A stretch of DNA of 64,000 bases from Octopus sinensis (lineage: Eukaryota), in contig NC_043004.1 in assembly GCF_006345805.1 (NCBI RefSeq), forward strand, positions 89,900,001 through 89,964,000, in the 5' to 3' direction. Under the pieces are notes generated by a model. It was not told the origin of the DNA and ran no database searches. It saw nothing but the letters and a program-made list of their open reading frames with translations. A program made the position numbers and the translations under genes. Positions 39,324-51,354 of this stretch are shown piece after piece (position 1 is the stretch's first letter; every line of letters begins with the position of its first letter).

Positions 39324-39720
39324 ATTTATTTATGAAATATGGATGACAGATGATGTAAGCTAAAAAGAGAAAGAATGAGATGGTATAGGGCAATGACATA
39401 AAGAAAAACAGAAGTTCGAATCACTAGAAGAAACACGGGAGCATTAACATGTAGAAAGGAAAAAATTACAGCCAATAAGGGAACATGTTCAAGATAGACT
39501 ATAAAATGAAAATAACAAAGAACATCAAAAAAACTCTAAACATATGGTTGACATGAATATTCTCTGTAATCATTGTGAATCTCTCAGATTTATAAACTTC
39601 TGAAGTACTGAGAGAATAGGAAAGTCGTGCTCCCTCAATTACAGAACTGGAAGGTGTTTTTAAATGAAAATAATGCAGAATATACAATTTATAAAGGAAG
39701 ACTAATTTTTATGGCTTTAA

Positions 39721-39942
39721 CCCTTTAGCGTTCACATTATTCTGCCAAAAATTAATCCTTTTTTATCCACTTTGTTTTGAACTAATCATGCATTATCTTG
39801 TAGCAATGAGATTTTGATGAGGTAGCTGTTAATTTTTAAAACGGTATTGTAGGGTTAGTGTGAGAGACCAGATCTGTCCAGTTTGAACATAAAACAGGCA
39901 GAATACTTCTGGCCGGATATGGCCGGTTTAAATGCTAAAGGG
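39721..39942. mobile_element. piggyBac MITE
   Basis: TTAA|CCCTTTAGCGTT...AATGCTAAAGGG|TTAA. Confidence 0.92.
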
Positions 39943-40524
39943 TTAAACTTACAACCACCTAAAAAATTTTGTATTTATCGTGGAATTCCTACATGTGCTG
40001 CTGGTTATCATTATTGTTGTTGTTGTTGTTGTTGTCATCACCATCGTTGTTGTCATAGTAGTAGTAGTAGTAGTAGTAGTAGTTGTAGGTAGAATTGTTA
40101 TTTTTCATGTACTTCTATGAAAAATATAATGAAATTTACTCAAACATTTGCATAAAGGTATTTTTTTATTCCTTTCACTAACCAAAAAAAAAGTGTGTGA
40201 TGGCATTCATGAATACACATGGACAATAGACAGATATTGTGGCATGTATGTAAGAGAATATGCAACAAACACATCACTGAAAATGGCTGGAACTAAATGT
40301 CTTCTAACAAATGATGGATGTTTATGACATAACTAGTCATAGATTGCATTATTTATATTTACAGGAAGACAAAAATAACTGGATCGTTATGAAAAATAAT
40401 TATCTATTTTTCATTAGGGTACAAACTTTTATCAGCACCTTTACTAACCATTTCAAAAGGAGCTACTTTAATTCACCTTGTAAAATTTATTTAAAATCTT
40501 TTATAAATACATTGTCTGTTCACG

Positions 40525-40829
40525 GGCCTCCGTACCGGTAGCACGTAAAAAACACCATCCGATCGTGGCCGTTGCCAGCCTCGCCTGGCCCCCGTGCTGG
40601 TGGCATGTAAAAAGTACCATCTGACCATGGCCGTTTGCCAGCCCCATCTGGCACCTGTGCCGGTGGCACGTAAAAAGCACCCACTACACTCACGGAGTGG
40701 TTGGCATTAGGAAAGGCATCCAGCCGTAGAAACATTGCCAGATCAGACTGGGCCTGGTGCAGCCTTCTGGTTTCCCAGACCCCAGTTGGACCGTCCAACC
40801 CATGCTAGCATGGAAAGCGGACGCTAAAC

Positions 40830-40858
<29 letters not shown>
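40525..40858 (+). repeat. Family C repeat
   Basis: As 4957. Confidence 0.85.
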
Positions 40859-40861
<3 letters not shown>

Positions 40862-42135
40862 GTATAAATGTCCACATGTTTGAGAGTGGAAGCATATAAA
40901 GGCCAAATACAAACTGGTTGTTATAAAAGTCTGACTATTTCTGTATGGGTATGTACAAATTCCAACACATGATTAATGTCACAAAACAAGCATTATTGCT
41001 AAAACAAAATTATTCGTGCTTTATTGAAAGCAATTTATATAAAATTAGCATTTTGGTTTTAAGAATTAAACCAGTTTCCTTTTCTGCTAAAAGTTTCAAA
41101 TTTGAATGCAGGCGAGGAGTTCTTTAGCTCTGTTTTTTTATATAAAAATAACCCATGTAAATTACATACAGCATTTTTTAAATTAAAACTGTTAATATAT
41201 GAAAAAAATTATTTTTGAAAAATAAAATAATGTTTCTACAAATTAATACAATACATATTTATAACTACCATTCATAAATAAAGCAGGTCATACATAATTA
41301 CATTTACCAACGCTTTAAAACAAACACTGAGGACGTTTTTCTTTTCGCTATATATACACTATGATTTGCACTCCTGCCACATTGTCAACTTGGAAGAGAA
41401 TACCATTAACAGTATAATTCATGTACTTTATATATCTTATACAATTATTTATAGTAGTAATTTCAGGATTTCCCTATAAGTGATTTGTTGTTTATTATAC
41501 TACAATCTAAAAGAGTTGATAGCAATAGAAAACTTGCAATTACTTTAATTTTAAAAAAAACAGACAGAATACTTTCCTTAGTTGATATAAATATTGTAGG
41601 CAATAAGGCCAAGCTATTTAAATGAGGTGGACTAAATTACATTCTCAGGATATTTGTAAAATGACTCAGGTTGTCTTTGTCCCAGGTAACAGGCTGGAGA
41701 AGACAGAGGTCTATAAAAGAATTCTTTTAATGCTAACAAGTGCTAAGTAGGACATCTATTGTAAAGCTTCACTGAATAATATAATGTCAGTATTATTTTT
41801 GAAATAGTGTTTTGGAATATAAACGCCCACTAACCATCGACTTATGTCCTTTCAGACGTGTTTCACAGTCCTACGTAGACGCCCTGTTGAGTATAAATTC
41901 TGCATTATTTTATTGTTCCCATGAAAATAAATAAATGCATAAAACCTGACATGACTCGAATTACAAAATCAAAGGATTCCCAAATGCAGATTTATTGCTG
42001 TTATTGCTCTTTTAATTTTAAGTATTGTCAGATTATTGAGCTGGTTATCTAATTTATTTTGGTCAGAAGTATCCATCAATAGGTGTTCAGTCTAACTGAC
42101 TACTCTATGGAGTGAGGGGGGACAAAGCATACCTT

Positions 42136-42354
42136 GAGGACAAACAAGGACAGACAAACGGATTAAGTCGATTATATCGACCCCAGTGCGTAACTGGTAC
42201 TTATTTAATCGACCCCGAAAGGATGAAAGGCAAAGTCGACCTCGGCGGAATTTGAACTCAGAACATAACGGCAGACGAAATTCAAATTCCGCCGAGGTCA
42301 ACTTTGCCTTTCATCCTTTCGGGGTCGATTAAATAAGTACCAGTTACGCACTGG
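42136..42354. mobile_element. SINE A with inverted duplication (fold-back, 74-bp arms)
   Basis: 42183-42256 (ccagtgcgtaactgg...ggcggaatttgaa) is mirrored at 42281-42354. Confidence 0.9.
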
Positions 42355-42928
42355 TCAATACAGCAAGCCAAAAATATATTCATCGGGTTTTATATATACT
42401 CCCCCTGCTTACAACATAAAGTACTCTTCCCTCTGCTACTTATTAAAATGGCTGTTTTGTTATTAGTATCTTTATCTTGAACTCATTGCAATTGCTGGTG
42501 ACTGGAATACAAACTGTCAACTTTCTCAGGTCTAACTTGATCTCATGCATTCCCTAAAGTATAAAACAAAGTCATGAAAATATATTGCAATGAAACCAAA
42601 GCTTCATCTATGTGACTGGGTCACTTTCACGAATAGTAGAAAATTTATATTAGAACAAGAGAATGTATTAGATTGAGTACTTTTTACCTTTTTCTTGTAA
42701 TCATTCATGAAACTGTGGTCATGCTGGAGCACCACCTTGGAAATGTGCTACTTTTTAATAATAAAAATTTGTTTAAATATATTACTGCCTCATGTTTTGG
42801 ACAGCTTAAGTAGTAACTGGTGTGTATCAGCAGTCTGACAAAAGAAATTTTAAAACTCAATTCTTGCATTATGTAGTTTCATTTACATCTTTCAACTGTG
42901 TTGTTATTCAAATCAACCTACAGGTCTA

Positions 42929-43650
42929 GTTTAACTAGGTGTGTGTGTATGTGTCTCCCCCTCTCTCTTTCTCCGTATCCTCCCTCCAGCTCCCCCAACC
43001 CCCTCCAATCCCGAACCCACCACTCCTTTACCCCCCTGCACCCTCCACGGACCCCCACACACCCCACCCTGACTTTCCTACGCCTACCCCATCTTCACCC
43101 AACCATTCCAACTCTCCTCCCCACACCTCTGAACCCCCTCTTCCTGATCCCACTCATCCCACCACCCTGCTTCCTCGCACTGTTGTCACTATACCCCCCA
43201 ATCTCCCCCTCTCCGCTGCCGAGCGCTCTCTCCTCAATAAGGAACTCCGCTTCACGCCTCTCATGCGCCACTGTGACGAATTTGAGACCCGGACCGACGT
43301 CAACCAGTTCCTGTGCCGCCTCAAACTTTGCGCGTTTTTCCACGAGTCTACACAGCGTCAAGCATTCAAAATGTGACCGCGTGTGTACTGTTGGCGATTT
43401 TTTTTTCCTCTGTCTTCCCTTCTCAGGATCTTTCCTTCTCCTATGTTTCCGATGAAGAGCTCCGCTCGAAACGTTAAACCCTCCTTCTTTCCTTCTTTCC
43501 TGATCATCCAATAATACTATATTTGTTCCATGTCCTCGCGTTGTTGTGTTTTCTCTTTGTGTTTTGATGTTTGGATTAACTATATATATATATATATATA
43601 TACAGAGAGAGAGAGAGGGAGGAGACACATACACACACACCTAGTTAAAC
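42929..43650 (+). mobile_element. Penelope-like element remnant with 30-bp inverted ends
   Basis: TVVTIPPNLPLSAAERSLLNKELRFTP...DVNQFLCRLKLCAFF is the characteristic N-terminal LS..E.S.L.KGL.F.P...F.RRL.L..FF segment of Penelope-like element ORFs; gtttaactaggtgtgtgtgtatgtgtctcc inverted at 42929-42958 and 43621-43650. Confidence 0.75.
43445..43479 (+). ncRNA. Minimal (dimer-type) hammerhead motif with core variant, possibly inactive
   Basis: GTTT-CCGATGA-A-GAGC(tcc)GCTC-GAAACGTT-AAAC: stem I GTTT/AAAC, palindromic AACGTT stem III; CUGA changed to CCGA. Confidence 0.55.
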
Positions 43651-44604
43651 AAGAATAATCGACTGAAATTGTAAGGATAATCTGGTGCTTGACAGAGGAA
43701 AGAAAACTTCGAATGACCCGTCCTTGTTTTCTTTGTATCGTCTATCTGGATGTTTTGTTGTCCCTTTTTGCATCACCTAGCTGTCCAGATGTTTTGTGTT
43801 CTTGTCCCATTTTGTATATTTTATATATATATGTATATATATATATAGCGGCGTACATACACTTTGGTCTCTTATATGTAAGTACACATTTTTCTAAATC
43901 TTGTACAACTCTTTTCTGTCTATCAGCCCTTTCACACTTATTCATGCATTCCAGTCTTCGTTCTTTCGTTCCCCCTCTCTCACATTTCTTTGCCTCCTCA
44001 TCTTACTCACTTGCTCTCCACTTTTTACTTCACTGTGACCCTGTCATTTTTTCACACCCCTCCTTAATTCTTCTGTCCCTCTGCTTCTACTTCTCTTTCT
44101 TCTCTTCCCACATGACCACCTCGGCCAAGCCTGTTCTTTCTTTCTTGGTCTGACCATTGTCCATGCAACATTGATATTCTTCCCTGTGTTTGTGAAATTT
44201 TATATCTCTGCTGTAAGGCTTCATTTCCACATGTGCCAGCTTAATTCAATTTGTCCTTAGTCGAAAGACACCCGTTGTTATGTCCTGTTATTATTTTTAT
44301 TGTATTTTTTTTATTGTATTTATATTTGTGTAACATTGTCCGTTTTTTCCGTCCTTGTATACATTCGTTGCTTTCTTCCAAGGAATCTAATGCTCTTAGC
44401 TTAGTTTTTCCTTGAGGTTGGCCAGATTGGAGCAAACTCAAGAATAATCAGTCAAAATTGCGAGGATAATCTGGTGCTTAACTGAGGAAAGAAAACTTCG
44501 AATGACCCATCCTTGTTTTCTTTATATCGTCTATCTGGACGTTTTGTTGTCCCTTTTTGTATCACCTAACTGTCCGGATGTTTTGCGTTCTTGTCCCATT
44601 TTGT

Positions 44605-44640
<36 letters not shown>
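43651..44640 (+). repeat. Direct about 190-nt repeats (43651-43840, 44441-44640), pseudo-LTR-like, each ending in (AT)n
   Basis: aagaataatc...aggataatctggtgctt...gaggaaagaaaacttcgaatgaccc...ttgtcccattttgtatattt duplicated. Confidence 0.75.
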
Positions 44641-44652
<12 letters not shown>

Positions 44653-45199
44653 AGTTCAGCAAAAATTTAGATTCAGATGAATATGGTACTTAAGTTGAGG
44701 CACCAGATTTTAGTACAGTATTATCCATACAATATCAAAATAAGGTGATTAGAATCAAAATAAGCAACAAGGATATCCAGAGGTAATGCAGTACAATCAT
44801 TTCACACAACTCCATTTAATTGAACAATGCAACCATTACATCAATTTAAATGCAGAGCAATCCTCAGCTGCACAAAATTAAAACAGATGGACACATTAGT
44901 AAAATTTTAACTAAAATCTCCTAGAAGTTAAGGAGATATACAAAGAACATGCTTCCTTCACTTCCACCTAGAAGTTACTAAGGTATCAGGAAGAGAGACT
45001 TGTTACAGATTTTGCTTGTCACTGTTTTATGGGGTCAGTTTTAATTTATAGACTAATTTGATCAAATCCTTGTTTTGGTTGGATTGCAGCTATAAGTGCC
45101 ATGCAGTGAGACTGAACCTGGAAGCATGGGATTGGTAAGCAAGTTACTTACCGTGCAGCCACTCCTGCACCTATATGTATATATATAATATATATATAG

Positions 45200-46250
45200 G
45201 AAAAACTACAAGTAGTTGATAGCTTCAATTACCTAGGTGACCAAGTCAGTAGCAGGGGTGGATGCTCTGAAAGTGTAGCTGCTAGAATAAGAATAGCCTG
45301 GGCAAAGTTCAAAGAGCTCCTACCTCTGCTGGTGACAAAGATCCTCTCACTCAGAGTAAAAGGTAGACTGTATGACGCATGTGTACGAACAGCCATACTA
45401 CAAGGCAGTGACTGCTGACGACATGCATAAGCTTGCAAGGAATGCAGCAAATATGCTCCACTGGGTGTGTAATGTCAATGTGCATACACGACAGAGTGTA
45501 AGTGCCCTGAGAGAAAAGTTTGACGTAAGAAGCATCAGATGTGGTGTGCAAGAGAGACGATTGGTCATGTTTTGCATATGGATGAGGACAGCTGTATGAA
45601 AAAGTGTCACACCCTAGCAGTAGAGGGAACCTGTGAAAGAGGTAGACTCAGTAAGACTTGGGATGAGGTGGTGAAGCACGACCATTGGGATGAGGTGGTG
45701 AAGCACGACCATTGAACAGTGACCGAGACCTTTGGAGATATGCTGTGCCTGAGAAGACCCAGCAAGCCAAGTGAGACAGTAACCATGGCCTATGCCAGTG
45801 CAGCATAACTAGCCCAATTAAGAGTACCTGTCAATCATTGGGCAATAAACTGCGCTTGTGAAGAACTGTTGAGGCAAGTGAAATGATTGTTGTGGCCGAT
45901 GACAATACCGCCAGAGTGGCACTCATGCCTATGGCATGTTAAAAGCACCATTCAAGCGTGATTGTTGCCAGTGCTACCTGACTGGTTCCTGTGCTGGCAG
46001 TACATAAACAGCACCATTCAAGCGTGGTTGACGTCAGTACCGCCTGACTCGATTTGTGCTGGTGGCACGTAAAATGTGCCCTTTACACTCATGGAGTGGT
46101 TGGCATTAGGAAGGTGATCCAGCTGTAGAAACTTTGCCACATCGGATTGGAACATGTTACAGCCTTCTGGCTTACCAGCCCTCAGTCAAGTTGTCCAACA
46201 CATGCCAGCATGGAAAGCAGATGTTAAATGACAATGCTAATGATGATGAT
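45200..46250 (+). mobile_element. 5'-truncated RTE LINE with family C 3'UTR
   Basis: VVDSFNYLGDQVS..GGCSESVAARIRIAWAKFKELLP...; 27-nt tandem duplication at about 45659-45714; then family C units and (GAT)n tail. Confidence 0.88.
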
Positions 46251-46357
46251 TTATATAATATATATGTATATATATATAATATATATTATATATAATATAT
46301 ATATATATATATAATATATATTATATATAAGATAAATATTATGTATAATATATATAC

Positions 46358-46419
<62 letters not shown>

Positions 46420-46422
<3 letters not shown>

Positions 46423-46861
46423 CATAAAGTGCCTCAAATGGGCTGGAGTATTTCTATTTTGGATGTATTTGGGGTACTTAGTTGTGCTCATGACTTAGTA
46501 TTTGCTTCTTCAATGGGTATGAGTAAGTATCTCATTTATTTCTTTTGCCACATGTATCACTGACGAAGAGAGGGCTCTTAGTAGCTAACTCTGAAATTGG
46601 TCCGATATGGTAATAATGGAATTTTTTAGAAATTTCTGTCGACCTTTTTTCGAGTAGCATGCGTATTGTGAAAAAATTATATGGTTAATGGACAATATGT
46701 CCAATTTTTCGGCATATTTGGCATTAGAATTTTTTTCTTTTGCCCTCATTTATGAATTGTTTATAAATTTAACCGTTAAAGGTATTTTTTAATATGCTGG
46801 CCATTGATAAAATTTTTTTCGAGAAAATATTTTTTTTCGAAAAGAATTTTATCCTCACATT

Positions 46862-46863
<2 letters not shown>
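46420..46863 (+). mobile_element. Diverged copy of hammerhead element family H1 inside (AT)n
   Basis: tttctattttggatgtatttggggta...atgggtatgagtaagtat...atatgctggccattgataaaattttt homologous to 26484-27367. Confidence 0.85.
46555..46612 (+). ncRNA. Type I hammerhead ribozyme (H1 variant)
   Basis: TATCA-CTGACGA-AGAG(...)CTCT-GAAA-TTGG(t)CCGA-TA/TGGTA; predicted cut after 46607. Confidence 0.8.
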
Positions 46864-46901
<38 letters not shown>

Positions 46902-47002
46902 ATATATATATATATGTATATGATATATATATGTATAATGTATATTACATATAATATATATAATATATATCTATTATATATATATACATATATATATATA
47001 TA

Positions 47003-47827
47003 CGAGCAACCCCCACCGTCCAATGGACGGTGCTGAGTTGTGAAACATTTAAATCAAATTTTTGCAAAACAACTTGTCTGACCGTCCCATAGGCCTCCCC
47101 TTTGAGAAACACTGATTTAACCTAAATTTGAGACACCAGCAAAAGAAGAAATAAAGATACACTTTTTTTCTATTCCAAAGAAAAACGATTTTATTCACAC
47201 AAATATGCAACCGGAGATTTTAAAGTACCAGTAATGATAAGGCTGTTAACTGGGAGAACACAAACATGGTTTAAACAGTAAGCTTGGCAGGAAATAAATG
47301 TGCTTTTAATCAGTACAAAAACAACAAAAAACGGAAGGTGCAGTTATGTACAGGTTGATGGAAGAAAAGCAGGACAAAAACGATGCATGCAAATGGGTTA
47401 GCTGGAGGTAAATCTAGATGGAAAACCATGATGAATTTATGGGAACGTACCTGGGACAATGATAAGTTTATCCGATAAAACATGTAGGAAATCAACAACC
47501 TGGGGAACTAAGTAACTAATTTTAAGCTAACTTACTTTACGGGATGTTCTAGGGTATGGGCACAAACTGCACATGAATTTTTCTTGCATACGCATAGTAT
47601 CGATTGCAACAGCTGATGTACTTGCACGTACAAATGCACGTTTCCACGGCTTTATCGATCGCATTCTCACTTGGAATTGATTTTTGTAATTTTTTCAAAA
47701 CTTATACATGTCCTGATACCGTCGGTAATTCTAAATATCAAATTTGAGCGCAATTGGATGGAGGGTGCCCAAGATCCTAGAAGACACACACACAGACAGA
47801 CAGACAGAATGGATTTTATATAATAGA
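47003..47827 (-). mobile_element. Non-autonomous Helitron (CTCG variant 3' end)
   Basis: Minus-strand 5' A|TCTATTATATAAAATCC; 3' hairpin caccgtcca-a-tggacggtg, then CTCG|T. Confidence 0.7.
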
Positions 47828-47904
47828 TATATAATGTAATATATCAATTATATATAATATATATATATCTACTATATATAACATATATACAATATATATA
47901 TATA

Positions 47905-48165
47905 TCATCATCATCATCATCATCATCATCGTTTAACGTCCGCTTTCCATGCTAGCATGGGTTGGACGGTTCAACTGGGGTCTGGCAAGCCCGAAGGCTG
48001 CACCAGGCCAGTCAGATCTGGCAGTGTTTCTACAGCTGGATGCCCTTCCTAACGCCAACCACTCCGAGAGTGTAGTGGGTGATTTTACGTGCCACCGACA
48101 CAGGTGCCAGACGAGGCTGGCAGATGGCCACGCTCGGATGGTGTTTTCGGTGTTTTTCTTATGTG
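47905..48165 (-). repeat. Family C repeat
   Basis: (CAT)n tail plus reverse-complement body. Confidence 0.85.
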
Positions 48166-48236
48166 CCATATATATATATATGATTGATTGATTGATTCTA
48201 GTTTCAGCTCACGAGCTGTGGCCATGCTGGGGCACC

Positions 48237-48286
<50 letters not shown>

Positions 48287-48504
48287 CAATATAGGGTGGC
48301 AAAAAATTTTGTAGAATTTTTTTGCCACCAGCGGCCTAGTGGGAAAAAATTAAATAGTCATAGACCATTTTTAAGTTCAACATCACAATCAAGGAACGGC
48401 CATAATAGGCCATTCACCCACTAGAAATAACAGCCAAAAGCTTCAACCGCAAAATAACATCAATTCCGTAAACCAGGAGAAAATTAAAAAACATTTACCC
48501 TGTA

Positions 48505-48611
48505 ATTTCTTATACGATGCACCGTTTCATCTACTGTTTAATGGTAAACTAACCTGATTAAATTAAATCAAGCCAATCTACCATAGGCCCTTAGATTCAT
48601 CAGTAAGAAAT
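48505..48611 (-). ncRNA. Type I hammerhead ribozyme with long stem II (family H2)
   Basis: Reverse complement of 49185-49291. Confidence 0.85.
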
Positions 48612-49184
48612 AGCCAAGTCGGAACAGATATTTTTCACGAGGCATTCCCGTCCCTGCCTCGGCAATATCTGACCTAAAATTTTCAAATCATCGCACTCGC
48701 GCCAAATTTATCGGCAGCAAATATGGTAGATTGGCTTGATTTAATTTAATCAGGTTAGTTTACCATTAAACAGTAGATGAAACGGTGCATCGTATAAGAA
48801 ATTACAGGGTAAATGTTTTTTAATTTTCTCCTGGTTTACGGAATTGATGTTATTTTGCGGTTGAAGCTTTTGGCTGTTATTTCTAGTGGGTGAATGGCCT
48901 ATTATGGCCGTTCCTTGATTGTGATGTTGAACTTAAAAATGGTCTATGACTATTTAATTTTTTCCCACTAGGCCGCTGGTGGCAAAAAATTTCTACAAAA
49001 TTTTTTGCCACCCTATATTAATTAATTATGAATTTTCTGGTTAATTCCGTAATGGAATCGGCGGCTTATATTTATTTGCTGCCGATAAATTTGGCGCGAG
49101 TGCGACGATTTGAAAATTTTAGGTCAGATATTGCCGAGGCAGGGACGGGAATGCCTCGTGAAAAATATCTGTTCCGACTTGGCT

Positions 49185-49291
49185 ATTTCTTACTGATGAA
49201 TCTAAGGGCCTATGGTAGATTGGCTTGATTTAATTTAATCAGGTTAGTTTACCATTAAACAGTAGATGAAACGGTGCATCGTATAAGAAAT
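49185..49291 (+). ncRNA. Type I hammerhead ribozyme with long stem II (family H2)
   Basis: Stem I ATTTCTTA/TAAGAAAT (8 bp), CTGATGA 49193-49199, stem II ATCTA...TAGAT, GAAA 49268-49271, stem III CGGT(gc)ATCG, GUA site with predicted cut after 49283. Confidence 0.88.
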
Positions 49292-49412
49292 TACAGGGTA
49301 AATGTTTTTTAATTTTCTCCTGGTTTACGGAATTGATGTTATTTTGCGGTTGAAGCTTTTGGCTGTTATTTCTAGTGGGTGAATGGCCTATTATGGCCGT
49401 TCCTTGATTGTG

Positions 49413-49445
<33 letters not shown>

Positions 49446-49450
49446 ATTAC

Positions 49451-49519
<69 letters not shown>

Positions 49520-49520
49520 C

Positions 49521-49572
<52 letters not shown>

Positions 49573-49625
49573 TCATCATCATCATCATTTAGCATCCGTT
49601 TTCCATGCTAGCATGGGTGTATATA

Positions 49626-49660
49626 CTAGCAGAGATACCTGGCGTTGCCCATGTTACATG
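49626..49660 (-). mobile_element. Helitron 3' terminus
   Basis: a|CTAGcagagatacctggcgttgccc, similar to the 23309 end. Confidence 0.6.
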
Positions 49661-50669
49661 CAATTGAAGAATTAGACTTTTCTGTTATATTTTCTGTAAT
49701 GAACTGGAATATCTATGTTCTGAATTTCATCAAAACTACAGTCTTATTGAACCTGTTAAAAGGATTTTGCACCTGAAAAATGAAGGTCATGGAGCTCTAA
49801 AATGTGAGAGTTAAGGCCCTTATTGGGGGTGGGTGTCTTAATGTCAACCAGAGAAGTTGAATTGTTGATATTCAGAAACTCGAATCCGTGTGTATCATAA
49901 GTTGGAGACGGGAAGGATGGCTTCCCTTTGCAAATACTGATAGGGCACAGAAAGTGTGTCTATAGCCAGCTGGAGGAGGTGTCCTCTTGGGGCTACAAAC
50001 TACACTAGCATCCACCCTTAGGGGTTAGCCATATTTAAAAAGCAAATATACGTCACAAGTTTTATCAAGTTTTACCATTAAAGTAAAAAGGTGAAGTGGT
50101 TTCAACATAGAAGCAAAACTAAGTCAATGAGTCAATTCCTCATGGTATTAAAAGATCTTTACTAAAATTTCTTTCTATTATGCTCAATATTTTTGGTTAC
50201 AATAAAACAGTATAATATGAAATTTGGGGTTTCTAGAAATCGATTGAGAATCTAAAATTCACAACTAAATCAAAGTCTTGGTTCACTGAGAAATCCCTGA
50301 TAATGGCAGAAGTGATTGAGGGTAGGTCTATAAAGACATCTCACACCCAATAAGTAGAGTTGAACAAAAAGTTTGACATAAAAAGAAAAACTTCAAGTAT
50401 CAACCTCGATTTTTATATTACAGCACTGACAAAAGGTTTTGCTTTATATAAAAATTTGACACAGATGAGAGAACAAGGCACAAAGAGAAATGTTTCTCAC
50501 AAAAGGAAATTTTCTATAGAAATGCATACTGTTTATAAAAAGAGATTTGGGCTTATGTTATTATTTAATAAAGAATGTTGACTCATTGATGTATGTGATA
50601 TATGATAAATAACTACAAGGTATTACTTTTATTTAAAATGAGAGAAGGGTTTCCAATTAAAGAGAAGCA

Positions 50670-51056
50670 CTTGTTGTTGGCACTCCGTCAGTTATGACGA
50701 CAAGGGTTCCAGTTGATCTGATCAACAGAACAGCCTGCTCGTGAAATTAACGTGCAAGTGGCTGAGCATTCCACAGACATGTGTACCCTTAACGTGGTTC
50801 TTGGGGGAGATTCAGCATGACACAGAGTGTGACAAGGTTGGCCTTTTGAAATACAGGTACAACAGAAACAGAAAGAAAGACTGAGAGAAAGTTGTAGTGA
50901 AAGAGTACAGCAGGGTTCACTACCACCCACTGCCGGAGCCTCGTGGAGCTTTAGGTGTTTGTGCTCAATAAACACTCACAATGTCTGGTCTGGGAATCGA
51001 AACCGCGATCCTACAACCGCGAGTCTGCTGCCCTAACCACTGGGCCATTGCGCCTT
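50670..51056 (-). mobile_element. tRNA-derived SINE family D
   Basis: Minus-strand head ggcgcaaTGGCCCAGTGGttagggc...GGTTTCGATTCC (A and B boxes); (CAA)n tail. Confidence 0.8.
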
Positions 51057-51322
51057 CACTAAAGAGAAGCAACTTATCTCTTAAGGAAAAGATGCTTTTA
51101 TATGCTTATTTATTGCAATTCCTTCTAATCATATCACACATGTCCCAAAGACATTCCAGTCATAATCATTCACTCTTTTGTAATCAGGACTAATCAGGAC
51201 TATGTTATCCACTGTCAGGCTCAATTTGAAGAGAAGGTGTTATTTGAGGAAGATTTAGTGGCTATTTCTGGCAAGATGAATGACTATGTAGATGTGATTA
51301 AAGATATATACCACATATATAT

Positions 51323-51354
<32 letters not shown>

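Larger units (their letters stand above)
48280..49414. mobile_element. Penelope-like/retrozyme non-coding element, family H2 (inverted copy plus 489-nt-period tandem)
   Basis: Minus copy 48280-48722; plus copies with tatggtagattgg at 48722 and 49211; near-identical arms; flanked by (AT)n. Confidence 0.88.

Noticed and set aside
44480-44510. Hammerhead-like CTGAGGA-AAG/CTT-CGAAT
   Set aside because: Lacks GAAA and convincing stems I/III; the sister repeat has CAGAGGA.
48722-48802. Third H2 hammerhead
   Set aside because: 5'-truncated: CUGAUGA and the stem I 5' strand are missing.
50985-51056. tRNA genes (also heads at 11485, 12147, about 57460-57527)
   Set aside because: A/B boxes present but no complete cloverleaf or terminator seen; each continues into a SINE body.
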